Source of the DNA: Chiloscyllium plagiosum
Lineage: Eukaryota
Assembly (NCBI RefSeq): GCF_004010195.1
Contig: NC_057719.1
Location: 32,837,931 to 32,901,930 of the forward strand
Length of the DNA: 64,000 nt
Direction of reading: 5' to 3'
The translations under genes and the position numbers were made by a program. The notes under the pieces are model-generated. The model was not told where the DNA came from. It searched no databases and worked only from the letters and a program-made list of their open reading frames with translations. Shown piece by piece: positions 24,836 to 37,449 of the stretch; within the stretch, counting starts at the first letter, position 1, and the number at the start of each line of letters is the position of its first letter.

Positions 24836-25950
24836 GACTTTATTGAAAGAAAGTGTTTGAGGCAAAAATGATTGAATCTTTCCAGAAAGAAATCAATAAG
24901 TATTTGAAACAAAGGGCTACAGGATGAGAACACGGCCAAAAGAAATAAAGCAAATAGGTTCTGTTTTAATTGCTCTCATAAGGAATTGTCACACAAGATG
25001 AATTGACAGGCCTCGATGTTATCAATTTCTGTAGTACGTTTCACAATGTCTCAAAAACATTTTGCAACACTTACTTGAAGTACAGGGAATGTGTTACCGG
25101 CAATACAACAGCCAATAATAATCAACCGCTCAATTAATGGACAAATCATGCAGCACAATTCATATTTCTAAATGGAAAGGGATATGCAAGAGTTTACTGG
25201 TTGATGTCAAAGTGTAATCCTTCTTGCATGACTTTGCACAACAAGTCAGTGAAATGAATAACAGGAAACAAAAACATTTTTGATTAAATTCTAAAGAAAG
25301 ACTTTCAACTGAATATGTAATGGAATGAAATTCCTTTTCTCTAAAAAAAAATCAAAGCTTGTTAGGATTCTGCAAAGTATCAAAACCAAACAGTGCTATT
25401 AATCAAATAGACATGGTATAGTCAAAATAAAAGATCTGTGCAAAATGATGTTCCACATAGATTCCACACTTTGTTATAAAGCCTCATTAGGAGGTATCTC
25501 AGCTAGGCATGTGTGATTTCATTCAACCAGCCATTCAACTGTTAAGGTAGTATTCGAGACCGGAATTTACAGAAAGAAAGTCTGCTGATGTGCAGTGTCA
25601 TGTGATTTAACTTTAAGATTGAAACAAAATGTGATCTATCACTGGTTATCTTGATCCAAGGCTGTCATTGATAGGCCAGTGAGGCCTTGGCGATGTAACA
25701 TCATGTTCAGCATTGAAAGGAACTAGATGTAAAAGAAGCTGGTAACCTTGTGGCTGCAGGCACACTGATTAATCACAGAAGGAGAGCTGCAGCCAAGAGA
25801 AGAATAGCAGCCAAAAAAGGAGCGTGACTCATTTGCAGAACAAATCATCTGTTTTCAGCTCAGGACTAGTTATTTAAGGGCGACAGAACCTCATCTTTAG
25901 TGGAATATTTAAGAAAGCCTAAAACCCTTGTTGGGTGGACGTTTAAGGGA

Positions 25951-26320
25951 TGGAAAATGTGTTGCTGGAAAAGTGCAGCAGGTCAGGCAGCATCAAAGGA
26001 GCAGGAGAATCGACGTTTTGGGCATAAGCCCTTCTTCAGGAATCAGGAGGGTGTGCCAAGCAGGCTAAGATAAAAGGTAGGGAGGAGGGACTTGGGGGAG
26101 GGGCGTTGTTTACCTATCGCATTCCCAATGCCCCTCCTCCAAGTCCCTCCTCCCTACCTTTTATCTTAGCCTGCTTGGCACACCCTCCTCATTCCTGAAG
26201 AAGGGCTTATGCCTGAAATGTCGATTCTCCTGCTCCTTTGATGCTGCCTGACCTGCTGCGCTTTTCCAGTAACACACTTTTCAGTTCTGATCTCCAGCAT
26301 CTGCAGTTCTCACTTTCTCC
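25951..26320. mobile_element. Palindromic PLE family A insertion with ~155-bp inverted arms and two hammerhead motifs
   Basis: Arms ~25953-26108 and ~26127-26282. TSD tgga(c/t)gtttaaggga at 25936-25950 and 26321-26335. Confidence 0.9.
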
Positions 26321-28778
26321 TGGATGTTTAAGGGAGTCCAATGCATTGTTGCAAAAATATCTATGGAGTCTGGCGCATCATCAGAAAAATTGTGGGAGCC
26401 TGACCCATCATCAAAAAAAAAGTCTGCAATAAAAAGGAGTTTATGACTCATGCAACTATATAACAATTTAATAAGCTGAGTACTGCATTGTTAAATCATC
26501 TTTATTCAGAGGCTAAGGAGAGCTAATTTCTGGTTGAAAGATATAATTCTGTGTGCATTTGCTTTGTATGAGCTCTGTGGTTTGTTTTTCTTTATATTCT
26601 GTTTTGAGCCTTTATTCTGTGTGCATTGCTTGTCTGAGCGCATAAAGCTTAATATTTAATGTCAGTATGTGCGTGTTGTAGTTGGGTGTGCGCTGCCCCT
26701 TTAAGAGAATGGGTCACATGAACAGGAGGTGGGAGTTAGAGTGAGCTCCAGCCCACAAACTGTGCAAATTTCATTTTTTGGTTGGGTGGAAGGATGTAGC
26801 CCAGACTTTGAAAAAGATGTAGGATTGTGGAGATAACATTGAGGGAAGTGGTCATGAGAGGACTCGGGTCATGAGTGATGCCAAGGAAGAGTGGTACACT
26901 AGCATAGCTGGTAAGGGAGAGGTTGGCACAGAGAGCATTCACTGAGGGGATTCAGGCTGCAGTGGTGACTAGACTTGAATGGGAGAAAAATTCCTGCCAG
27001 CGAGAAAACAAAATGGTGGGTCAATTTGGAATGATGGTACTGTTTACCGAAGAGACAAAAAGTTGGATTCTATACCGAACGTTTTAATGTGTACTTAAAG
27101 GCGAATAAGGTGGCTGAAGACATTATGGTACAGGTTTTCTTCAGCACCATTGAGAGAAAGATCTTTGTGATTCTAATGTATCTGGTACAATCAGAGAAAC
27201 CCAGACATATCATGATCTAAGTAATGTGTTGGGGAGTTATCTTGCACTAAAGCCACTGATGATTGCAGAGCATTTAAGTTTTTATAAACACATACAACGT
27301 GAAGGAAAGTCCATCACCCAATTTTTGGCTGCCTTAAAGAGATTAGCAGAACATTGCGAATTCGAAGGGTTCCACCAAGATGTCTTGTGGGATCATGTGA
27401 TTTGTGGCTTCCAACACAAAGCCATCCAACAGAAGTTACGAACAAGGGGAGATTCCAAATCATTACCTCAACGAAGTTGGCTGCCAACACAGGTGACTGA
27501 TGATGCCTAGGTGCATAGAGTCGTAGCTGAGTGTAATATCACTCGGAGAATGCTGCCGATGTGGCAAGAGTGGCTGCAAGGAGTCAATATATTGTACTCG
27601 AGAAGCTAATGCTGCAGGTGTAACCGAGTGGGACATATTGACTGAAATCATTAGGTACAAGAGAAGGACATCATTCAGAGAGCGTGTCATCAGGTCCATT
27701 CTGTCAGCAAGTAGACTGAAAGTCAGCTGGGTCTGCGGGAGAAGAAGAAGGCCCAGAGTCAGCAGAGTTTCAGTTGAACATCCTGTTGGTATGGCGTGAA
27801 ACTGATTGTTCCTGGGTCCTTCCAGAGCAGAAGACAGTAAAGATTGAAGTGGATATGGCTGCAGCAGTGTCTCTGATTTCTGTTCAAGGGACTGGCCGGG
27901 AGAAAGAAATTCTCAAAATGAATTTGCCGCAGGCCTGCTTACATCTGGGGTCATGGAGGAGTGTCAGTTGCTGCTGACAATAGTACCCACAGGGGACTGT
28001 CCTGCATGAAGCGACTTCCCTTTGGCATCATGTCAGTGCTGGCTCTATTCCAAAGGGTCAACATCCAATTTGTGAGTGGATTGCCAGGGGTCCAGTGTTA
28101 TCTGGACAATGTTTTTATTACTGGATCTTCTGAAAAGGGGCATTTGAAAAGCCTAGAAAAAAATCCTAAGGAGTTTGCAGGAACACAGCCTGCGAGTAAA
28201 AAGAGAGAAATGTGAGTTTTTGTGAAGAATTCATAAAGTAGTTGGGTCATGTGATCAATGGCAAGGGATTACACAAGGCACCCAAGGAGATGGAGGCTAT
28301 CATGAAGGTCCCGAGATTAGAGAATGTGCCTCAACTGAGATCGTTCTGCTCAACATCGCTAAGACTCTATGACTGTAAGTTCATATCTGATCTGGCAACT
28401 GTGCTGAAACCTCTGCATTGGTGGCTGGGCAAAGGGCAGCTGTGGAAATGGACCTAAGAATGTGAGGAGGCTCACCAGATGAAGCAAGCCTTAAAATGAT
28501 CGAAAGGTTGACTCATTTCAACCCGCAGTTGACACTGCACTTGGTGTGTGAGGCCTCGCCTTATGCGGTTGGGGCTGTACTGTCACACATCCTGCTGAAT
28601 GGAGAGAAAAGGCTCATTGTGTTCACATTGAGGTCACTAATAAAGATGGAGGAGAAGTATGCCCAAGTGGAAAGGGAAGGATTGAACATTGGATTCAGTG
28701 TTAAGAAGTTCACCCAGTTCCTTGACAGCAGGCACTTTGTGCTGCTGACTGACTACAGGCCATTTTTGGTTACAGAAA

Positions 28779-29674
28779 GGAATTGAATTGAATGATTTAT
28801 TGTCACTTGTATTTTACAGTAAATAACACAGTAAAATAGAGTGAAAAATTTAACTGTCACCACAATCCACCATCATTTTGAATAATTTAAGAATAAAAAG
28901 ATAGAACAGAAAGAAAGTCAATTGCCATCCCACTGCCTCCACCACGAATCCTGAACCCACCAATATAGGAGTCACCACTCTTTAGGCACCATTTCCTTGC
29001 CACTGTGCCCACCTCACGGACACCATTGCTGATGCAGGGTCAAGTGCTGGACCCCCACACACCTCGTAACAAGGAGTTCCCTAGCTCTGGGCCTACCACA
29101 AAGAGGAGCTGCCACTACCGCCTCATAGATAACCAGAACTCCCCGCTCTGGACCTGCCCTGACCATAAGCAGGAATTTCTACTGCAGCCTCAATAACACC
29201 AGGAGTCCCGCCTCAGGGCATACAGTGCTGCAGCCTCTGCCTCGCCAATGCCTGGAGTCCCTCCTCAGGATCTACTGCAACTAGAAGTCCCTGGCTCTGC
29301 TGCCAGGCCAGGCCAGGCCACTGCCTTGCAAAGTGTCCCACTCTGCCTGCACTCCTCTGAGATGTTGCCATGCCAGTGCCCACCATCTTGAAAGGTCTGT
29401 TGCAGCCGCCATCTCCAATCACCAGGAGGAGCTGTGTCCACCACCTCCACCTCCTCCAACTTCTGGGAGGCTGCTACTATTCCGCTCTCGCTCCCAGGCC
29501 GATGCCACTGATTAACCCCCTGCAAAAGGCTTTAAAGAAAAACAAATTAAAAAACAAGAGGCAAAAAAGAAAAAGAGCAGAAGTGAAAAGGAACAAAAAA
29601 GGCAAGGAGATGGGAGTTAAAGAGCCCTGGGGTCAAGAACCAGCACGCAGCCCTACTACTCAGCTGTCATCTTG
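28779..29674 (-). mobile_element. Non-coding bipartite LINE-derived element inserted in the Gypsy pol
   Basis: Minus strand starts caagatgacagc, has a T-rich tract and GC-rich body, and ends gtgacaataaatcattcaattcaattc (Rex1/Babar-like tail, from memory). The Gypsy frame resumes after it. Confidence 0.6.
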
Positions 29675-30220
29675 TTCAGTGCCAGTAATATACCCTCAAT
29701 GGCAGCAGCATGCCTGCTGAGATGGGCATTGGCTCTGTCAGCCTAGTCTAATGAAATCAGATACCAACAGGCAGAGAAACACAGCAATACACACAATGCT
29801 TTGTCACCAAATAAGAATGTTCCTGACTGGAACCTGAAAATTATGTACTTTTTCCAGGATGACAAGGTGCCAGTGTGAGTGAGTCAGGCGCAGAGCGCTA
29901 CCCAGAATGACCCAGTGTTGAGCCGAATGATGGACTTAGTCCTGACAGAAAGGACTTGTCTTAGAAACTGCTCAGAATTATACCCTTACCTATCCAGGAG
30001 GTGAGAGTTGTCTGTATCATGAGGGGAGTGAGAGTTGTTATCCCTTCACCGTTAAGAAAGAAAGTGCTGGAACAAATGCACCAAGGGCAGCCTGGCATAG
30101 TGCAAGTGAAGGAAATAGCCAGGAGCTACTTTTGATGGCTGAATGGAGACTTCCAGGTTGAGGAGAAAGCGAGATCATGACAATCCTGTCCATTAGTAAG
30201 GAAGGTACCGCCATTATCAA

Positions 30221-30320
30221 CTAGGAGAAAGTGAGGGCTGCAGATGCTGAAGACCAGAGTTGAAAAGTATGGTGCTAGAAAAGCACAGCAGGCCAGGCAG
30301 CATCCGAGGAGCAGGAGACC
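30221..30320 (-). mobile_element. Short PLE family A 3'-end insertion in the Gypsy integrase
   Basis: ggagaaagtgagggctgcagatgctg...gaaaagcacagcaggccaggcagcatccgaggagcagg matches 12364-12455. Confidence 0.85.
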
Positions 30321-31423
30321 CCTTCACCCATGGGAATGGCCGCAATCACCATGGCAGTAGATTCATGTCGATTTCACAGGACCAGTAGAGGGAGAAATGG
30401 TACTAGTGGTCATGGATGCCCACTCCAAGTGGCCCAAGGTGGTGGTCATGAAGTTGGTATCAATGGAAGCAACAATAGACTGACTAGATGAAATCCTTAC
30501 CAGGTTCGGGAACCTCAAACAAAGCATGAGTGACAATGGTCCACAGTTTGTGTCGTGAAAGTTCAAGGGGTATCTGGAAAATCATGGAGTCTGACATGGC
30601 TCCATACCACCCTGTGACAAATGTCCAAATGAAGAGATTTGTATAAACCTTGAAGTAGGCCTTAAAGGCCTCACAAGGAGGGTACTCAATAGGACAGTGG
30701 CTCAACAAGTCCCTCAGCACGTACAGGAACACACCACACAACAAAGACCCAGCATTTGCCAATGTCCCTAATGTTCAACTGCCGGCTGAGAACCATGTTT
30801 GAAGAGAGCAGAGAGGTGATAGAGTGACATCAAGAAGGACAGATAGATGAGCAGGAACCTCAAAGTCAAGGATATTCCAAAGAGGAGAGATCACGTTGGC
30901 CTGGAATTACACTTCTGGGGAGAAATGGATCCCAACAGTGGCGGAGGCTTCAGCAGGACCATTGTCATATACAGTGCAGACCAGGGGTGAAGATGGTCTG
31001 GAGGAGACAGTTGGTTGCTGCACCTCGCCAATGGGGTGATTGTCCCTCAGACCACTGAGACGGTCCAGATGGATCCAATGGTGTCAACCGAGTCATGTAT
31101 CTCTGAGACAGAGTTGGCCATCCCCAGGGAGATAGCAGCAGCTTTGTCCCTGGACAATGGCAGCCAGAGAGAGATGTACCTGCAGAACAACAGGAGCTTC
31201 AGGGAGACCACATCAGATAAGGTTCCTGAGACCGTCTTTAAGGAATCACCATCTCCCTGAGAGAGTGATCTTGTCAATGTAGACTGCCAGACAGTCACTT
31301 TCTTTTTCCATGATTTGTTTCTGTTTAGAAAACTTCCTAATTATGTACATATGTTAACTATTACACCATGCCTAAATAATAGTTATAATTGTCGGATATA
31401 TATACACACATATATATGTAGTT

Positions 31424-31760
31424 ACCATGGTGGCTCAGTGATAAGCACTGCTGCCTCACTGTGCCAGGAACCCAGGTTCAATTCCATCCTAGAGTGACTG
31501 TCTGCATGGAGTTTGCACGTTCTCCCCATGTCTGCACGGGTTTCCTCCGGTGCTCCGGTTTCCTCTCACAATCCAAAGATGTGCAGGTCAGGTGAATTGG
31601 CTGTGCTAAATTGCCCACAGTGTTCAGGGATGTGTAGATTAGGTGTATTAGTCAAGGGTATGTGTAGAGTAATAGGTTAGGGGAATGAGTCTGGGTGGGT
31701 TACTCTTCAGAGGGTCAGTGTGAAGTTATTGGGCCAAGTGGCCTGTCTCCACATTCCGTC
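31424..31760 (+). mobile_element. HE1/V-SINE-type SINE
   Basis: ggtggctcagtgataagcactgctgcctcac...ggagtttgcacgttctcccc...gggccaagtggcctgtctccac. Confidence 0.88.
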
Positions 31761-32404
31761 TACAAGGATACGGAAATAAAGCAGAGACATATTATGTATG
31801 CAGTTAGGTGTGTGCTGCCCCTTTTAGAGAGCATGTCAGGTGATCTGGCACAGGAGCTAGGGAACGCAGTTAAACATTGACTGTGGAGCTAAGAAACCTA
31901 CAATAAAGTATTCCCTGTTCAAATTTACCTTCCATCTACCTCGTGTTTGATTCATGGTTCTTGTGAAATGCAAACATAACGGGTATGGTCTTATTATTTC
32001 TCATAATCCTTGTGTCCCAACTGTGGAGAAACCTATCAACAATTAGAAGGTCCAGTCCCGAGTTAGCCAAATGAATAATCAGTTGTGCATATAGTATTTT
32101 CTGAGACAAAGAACATCCATCATTATTTAGATTTTCATTAGGTTTTCTTTAATTTATTTGCACATTTACATCATTATTCGTGATCCAAATTTAAAATCAA
32201 CAAACATAACAAACCAAAATGAAGTAACAAATATGTCAGCAAACAGAAGATCAACTTTTGGTTTCTTTTACAATTAATAGTCAGGAACTGGAATAGAAAT
32301 CTCATGTGGATGAAGACTTGAGGATAAGATCAGCATACTGCTCAGCTGAGTAACTTGCTGACATTCATATTTAAGGTTCAGATGTGATGAATTATGTCTT
32401 TGGC

Positions 32405-33850
32405 AACATATTTGGATTTCCAGATGGCCTTTGGTGCCACACAGGAGGCTGCTAAATAAGATAAGAGCTCACGATGTTAGGGTTAAGGTTCTGGCATGGA
32501 TAGAGGATTGGCTGACTGGCAGACGACAACCATGATGTGGAGGTGCCAGTGTTGGACAGGGGAAGACAAAGTTAAGAATCACACCACATCAGCATTATTT
32601 GGAAGTACAAGCTTTCGGAGTGCTCCGTAGCTACCTGATGAAGGAGCAGTGCTCCAAAAACTTGTACTTCCAAATAAACCTATTGGACTATAACCTGGTG
32701 TTGTGTGATTTGTAACTTTGGCAGAAGGTAGACTGTGAGGAGAATGGGGTCAATTCAGGATGGCAGCCAATGTCTAGTGGAGTTCCACAGGGCTCTGATT
32801 TGAGACCACAGCTATTAATGTTGTACATTAGCGATCTGGATGAAGGAACTGATGGCATTGTTGCTACGTTTGCACATGATACAAAGGTAAGTAAAAGGAC
32901 AGGCATTGTTGACAAAATGGGAAGGCTGCAGAAGAACTTGTATAGGCTAGGCGAGTGGGCAAAGAAGTGGCAGATGGAATGCAGCATTGAAAAGTATGAG
33001 GTTACACACATTAGTGGGAAGAATAGAGGCATGGACTATTTTCTAAACAGGAAATGGCTTCAGAAATTTGAAACACAAAGGAACTTAAGAGTACTAGTTC
33101 AGGATTCTCTTAAAGTTAGCAGTCAGGTTCAGTTGGACGTTAGGAAGGCAAATGTAATGTTAGTATTCGTTTCAAGTGGGTGAGAATTCAAGACCAGAGC
33201 GGTAGTGTTGAGGCTGCAGAAGGCTCTGGTCAGACTGCACTTGGAATATTCTGAGCCGTTTTGGGCCCTGTGTCTCAGAAAATATCAAGTGAGGTGGGCT
33301 TGAAGCGCTAAATTGCCTACTCCAGCTCTTGATTCCGATGAAGGATGTGTTGGCCTTGGAAGAGGTCCAGAGAAAGTTTGAAGAATAACTCCAGAGATGA
33401 ACAGCTTGTCATATGTGGAGTGGTTGAGGACTGTTGGTCTGTACTCGATGGATGTTAAAAGGATGAGGTGGTATTTCATTGAAGCTTCCAGAATACTGAT
33501 AGGCTGAATCGACTGGAAGTGGAGAAGATGTTTCCACTAGTAGGAGAGACTGGGACCCAGGGGCACAGCCTCAGAGTGAAGGAATTGGCCCTTTAGAACT
33601 GAGACGAGGTGGAATTTCTTCAGCCAGAGGGGGTTAATCTGTGGATCTGACTACAGCAGAAGCCTGTGGAGGTCAAGTCTTTGAGTGAATTTATGACAGA
33701 GATGGATGGATTCTCGATTAGTAAGAACATCTTGGGTTATGGGGAAAAGGCAGGAGAATGGAGTTGAGAAACTTATCAGTCATAATTGAATGATGCAGTG
33801 GATTTGATGGATCAAATTGGCTAATTCTGCCCCGACATCTTACTCTTATG
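32405..33850 (+). mobile_element. Older CR1 fragment (RT to 3' UTR)
   Basis: ORF 32770: SGVPQGSDLRPQLL.LYISDLD...TFAHDTK...WAKKWQM. Interrupted by a PLE insertion. Confidence 0.88.
32531..32718. mobile_element. Palindromic PLE family B insertion inside CR1
   Basis: Contains tac CTGATGA aggagc-agt-gctcc aAAA (32632-32665). Degenerate duplication tggcaga(c/a)g at 32517 and 32719. Confidence 0.82.
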
Positions 33851-35039
33851 ATTTGGCAAGGTATCAGAGAACTAGAACAGAGCATCATAGCCCTGCAAAG
33901 AGTGGTCATCTTCAAGACAGACAGTAGGGGTGGGGATGAGACAAACAAAAAAAATGAAGGGATCCCGACGCTCTCAAAACATTCTACAAAGAGGAATTGT
34001 TAACTACTGTTTCTCACTGTCTATGTCAAAACTTTAAATTGCACCATAGGCAGCACTTGATGCATGCCACTGGTTTGAAACAGACAATTTTCTCACACCT
34101 AATACGATACTGCAATGTGTGTTGAATTTTCTTTGATAAGGCTCCAGTGAAGCACCTCAGGATATTTTGTAATGCTAAAAATGCTACAGAAACACAAATA
34201 GTTGTTGTATAATTCCAATACAGCTCACACACCAGGCTGGCGATGCCAGTGGTTCTCAGGCTGTGGGAGATAGCCCTTCTGTAGATAAACAAGAAAACAT
34301 TGCCTTTAAACCTGAATCACTTATTTGTATAGAATTGATAGGCTACAATGAACTCTTTTGTTTCCACAGTAATGATATAAAATAAGTATAAGTCAGTGCT
34401 TGGGTTTAAAAACAAATGATGTGGGGAAACTTGACAATTCCATAGAAACGTTTTGCATAGAAGCAGCTGCATGCCAAGTTCTTAAAAGGTAGGTAGTCAG
34501 CTTCCCATTGCTCTGATGCACATTTCATTGTTGCACATATTTACTTCTGAATTATCACTGTGGATCTGACTGGGGATAAAGGGAGACAGATAGAACTCTA
34601 GACAAACAGATGAATTGAGAAACCTAAAGAATGAAAAGAAACATAAAAAGAATCAGTAAGAGATGAAAGGGCTAGACAGGCATAGAGGAGAGGGAGTGAG
34701 AATACACAGAAATATAAAAACAAAGATTCAAATCAATGGACAATAAAATAGAGAAAACATACACACACACACACTTCTCAGAAAATTCTGTAGGACTGTG
34801 ATAGCATTTCCTAAGTCCAATTGGGTATTAGCTTTTTGAATAGCTCACTGAAACTTTAAACGCAATTTAATATATATTCTGTTGCCATGCCAACATTCCC
34901 CCTATGTTCAAGTCTGCATTTACCATCAGATTGTCATTCCAAAAAGACGTTTACCCTTTAGTAACCAATAGGCTGGTGATCTCAGACATTTCTAAAGACT
35001 TTGGATTCTGATTTCACAATAATTAGTACCAAAGACCCA

Positions 35040-36280
35040 CTTAGAGTCACAGAGGTGTACATCTTTTTCATCAAACTCATCTCTGCCAATCAGATATTCT
35101 AAATTAATCTAGTCCTATTTACCAGCATTTGGCCGATATCCCTCTAAACCCTTACTGAAGACAATAAATACTGAAGATCAAGTGGGCCAGACAGCATGTT
35201 TCAAGTCTAGATGACTCTTCATCAGAGCTGAAGTAAAGTGTGGAGGGGTCAGCATTTATTTGATAGTTTGGGGGGACGGTGGGCACTAGTGGTAGTGGGT
35301 GTAGGGTGTCAGAGAATAAAAGATGTTGATAGCGCAGATTAAGTGATCGGAATGTGAGAATGGCAGAACGATGGTGTGTCTCCTGCCACACATGGAAAGA
35401 TAGTAAGTGGGATGGGGGGAGGGGAGAGAGAACATGATGACAAGCTAAAAGAAAGGGAAGAAATAGTTCACAATTTGAAGGTGTGGAACTCAATATGAAG
35501 TCCAGAAGGCTGTAAAGTGCCTAGTCTGAAGATGAGATGTTGTTCCTCCAGTTTGCTCCATGATTCACTGGAACACTGCAGCAGGCCGAGGACAGACACA
35601 CCAGAGTAGGCCATGCTGGAGAAACCAAACGCAGACTGGGTGACCGCTTTGCAGAACATCTCCAGTCTGTGCACAAGTAAGACCCTGACCTTCCTGCAGC
35701 TGGTCATTTTAACACAACGTCCTGCTTGCCTGCCCTCATGTCTGTTCTCGGCATCTGCAGTGTTCCAGTGAATCACAGTGCAAACTGGAGGAACAACATC
35801 TCATCTTCAGACTAGGCACATTACAACTTTCTGGACTTAATATTGAGTTCAACACCTTCAAATTGTGAATCATTCCTTCCCTTTTTTTAGCTTGTTGTCA
35901 TGTCCTCCCCTTTCCCATCCCAGCGTCTGCCCTTTTAAGTCTGGCAGTGGACACACCGTTATTCCGCCATTCTCATATACTGATCATTTAATCTGAACTA
36001 AAAACATATTTTCTCCACCAGCACCCTGCATTCAGTACCTCTGCTTGCCCCCACCCCCCACCCCACCCCCCACACCTCACTTTTGCTCCAATGAAGAGTC
36101 ATCTGAATTCAAAACATTAGCTTCCTTTTTCTCCATGGAGGCTGTCAGACCTGCTGTGACCTCCAACATTTGTTGTCTTCAGTACAGATTACAGATTCTG
36201 TAGTAATTTGTTCCTCCCTTGAAACCCTTCCTATTCTTGTACCTATTAAGATGCCTTTTAAATATTGTAATTGTATCAGT
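35040..36280 (-). mobile_element. CR1 3' end split by a PLE insertion
   Basis: 35040-35153 continues at 36216-36280 (aaacccttcctattcttgtacc...gatgccttttaaatattgtaattg). Confidence 0.8.
35154..36215. mobile_element. Palindromic PLE (family D): two inverted copies of the GIY-YIG C-terminus plus pseudo-LTR
   Basis: Plus strand GETKRRLGDRFAEHL (~35618-35662). KLEEQHLIFRLGTLQ.SGL.IEF on both strands. Arms ~35155-35598 and ~35740-36185. TSD ccct(ct/tg)aaaccctt at 35140-35153 and 36216-36229. Confidence 0.88.
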
Positions 36281-36429
36281 TTGGCATAACATTATTTATA
36301 ACATGGATTATTTACAGTCATAGCAAAGGGTTAGTCCTGTAGTCTTTATTTGCGAAGCAACATTTTCTAATTCCAATTATTGTACATGAACATTTATCTA
36401 ATTTATCCAAGCACTAACAGAATAGTGTC

Positions 36430-37070
36430 AATACTCTTTTAAGAAGGCCTACAATGTGCTGTCTTTCATTAACAGTGGGATAGAGTTTAAAAGTCGCAAG
36501 GCATAGTGCAGCTCTATAAAGTTGTGGTGAGACCACTCTTGGAATATTGTGTTCAGTTCTGGTTGCCTCATTATAGGAAGGATGTGGAAGATTTAGAGAG
36601 GGTGCAGAGGTGATTTATCAGGATGCTGCCTGGACTGGAGGGCAGGTCTTATGAAGAAAGGTTGCAGGAGCTAGGGCTTTTCTATTGGAGTGAAGAAAGA
36701 TGACAGGTGACTTGATAGTGGTGTACAAGAGGATGAGAGGCATGCACATAGTAGATAGCCAGAGACTTTTTCCCATGGCAGAAATGGCTATCATGACGGG
36801 GGCATAATTCTAAGGTGATTGAAGGAAGGTTTAGGGGAGATATCAGAGAGAGTTCTTTACACAGAGAGAGATGGATGCGTGGAATGCACTGCCGGCGGTG
36901 TAGTAGAGTTAGATACATCCAAACTTGGATACATTAGGATAATTTAAGCAACTCTTGGATAGACACTTGGTTGATAGTAAAATGAAGGTTATATAGGTTA
37001 GTTTGATCTCAGAATAGGATAAAAGGTCGGCACAAAATCAAGGGCTGAAGGGCCTGTACTGTTCTGTGTA
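36430..37070 (+). mobile_element. CR1 3' fragment
   Basis: [25 protein letters not shown] region, then 3' UTR gggctgaagggcctgtactgttctgtg. Confidence 0.85.
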
Positions 37071-37449
37071 CCAGCTCAAATATTGGCAATTTTAATTACT
37101 TTGATATTTCAAAACAAAATCAGAGTACAGAATGTTGCATTCATATAAAGGCAGATAATTGCCTTTATCTTAAAGTTATCTTAATAAAATTTCTTGCGGT
37201 TTGATTATTTATAATTTTACAACTAGTATCACGGTTGTCACAAATGCAAATGTTAATCTGCTAATTGCTTCGCTACATGCTTTTGATGTAACACCAAGTT
37301 CTTCAGTTTCATAAAACTATCATAAATACAAATAATAGTTAAGTTTTATCCACAAAGGGTAAAAGAAGCTAATGAGAAACCTGTTATATAAATAAACTGC
37401 ATAATCATGCTGGAATAGCAACACCAAAATCCAAAATGTATCTTTTTCT

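Larger units (their letters stand above)
26670..31980 (+). mobile_element. Decayed Ty3/Gypsy LTR retrotransposon with nested insertions
   Basis: gag KPLMIAEH..F.K..QREGKSITQFLAALKRLAEHCEF (27010-27450); protease KIEVDMAAAVSLIS (~27840); RT RLPFGI...QCYLDNV (27960-28200); RNase H VCEASPYAVGAVLSH...YAQVERE (28496-28770); integrase HPWEWP...IHVDFTGP...DAHSKWP (30325-30790). Order PR-RT-RH-IN. Only ~30 bp of LTR similarity seen (26675-26705 vs 31797-31828). AATAAA at 31902. Confidence 0.88.

Noticed and set aside
6577..26043. Apparent selective inactivation of sense-strand hammerheads (GAAA to AAAA at ~6587 and ~26019)
   Set aside because: The G is in a CpG, so decay explains it. A plus-strand copy (~32656) has the same change and a sense copy at 48031-48065 is intact. 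Too few cases.
29370..29720. Lys-rich ORF with NLS-like tract (similarly 58174..58572)
   Set aside because: Translation of the A-rich tract of a repeat, with no coding evidence.
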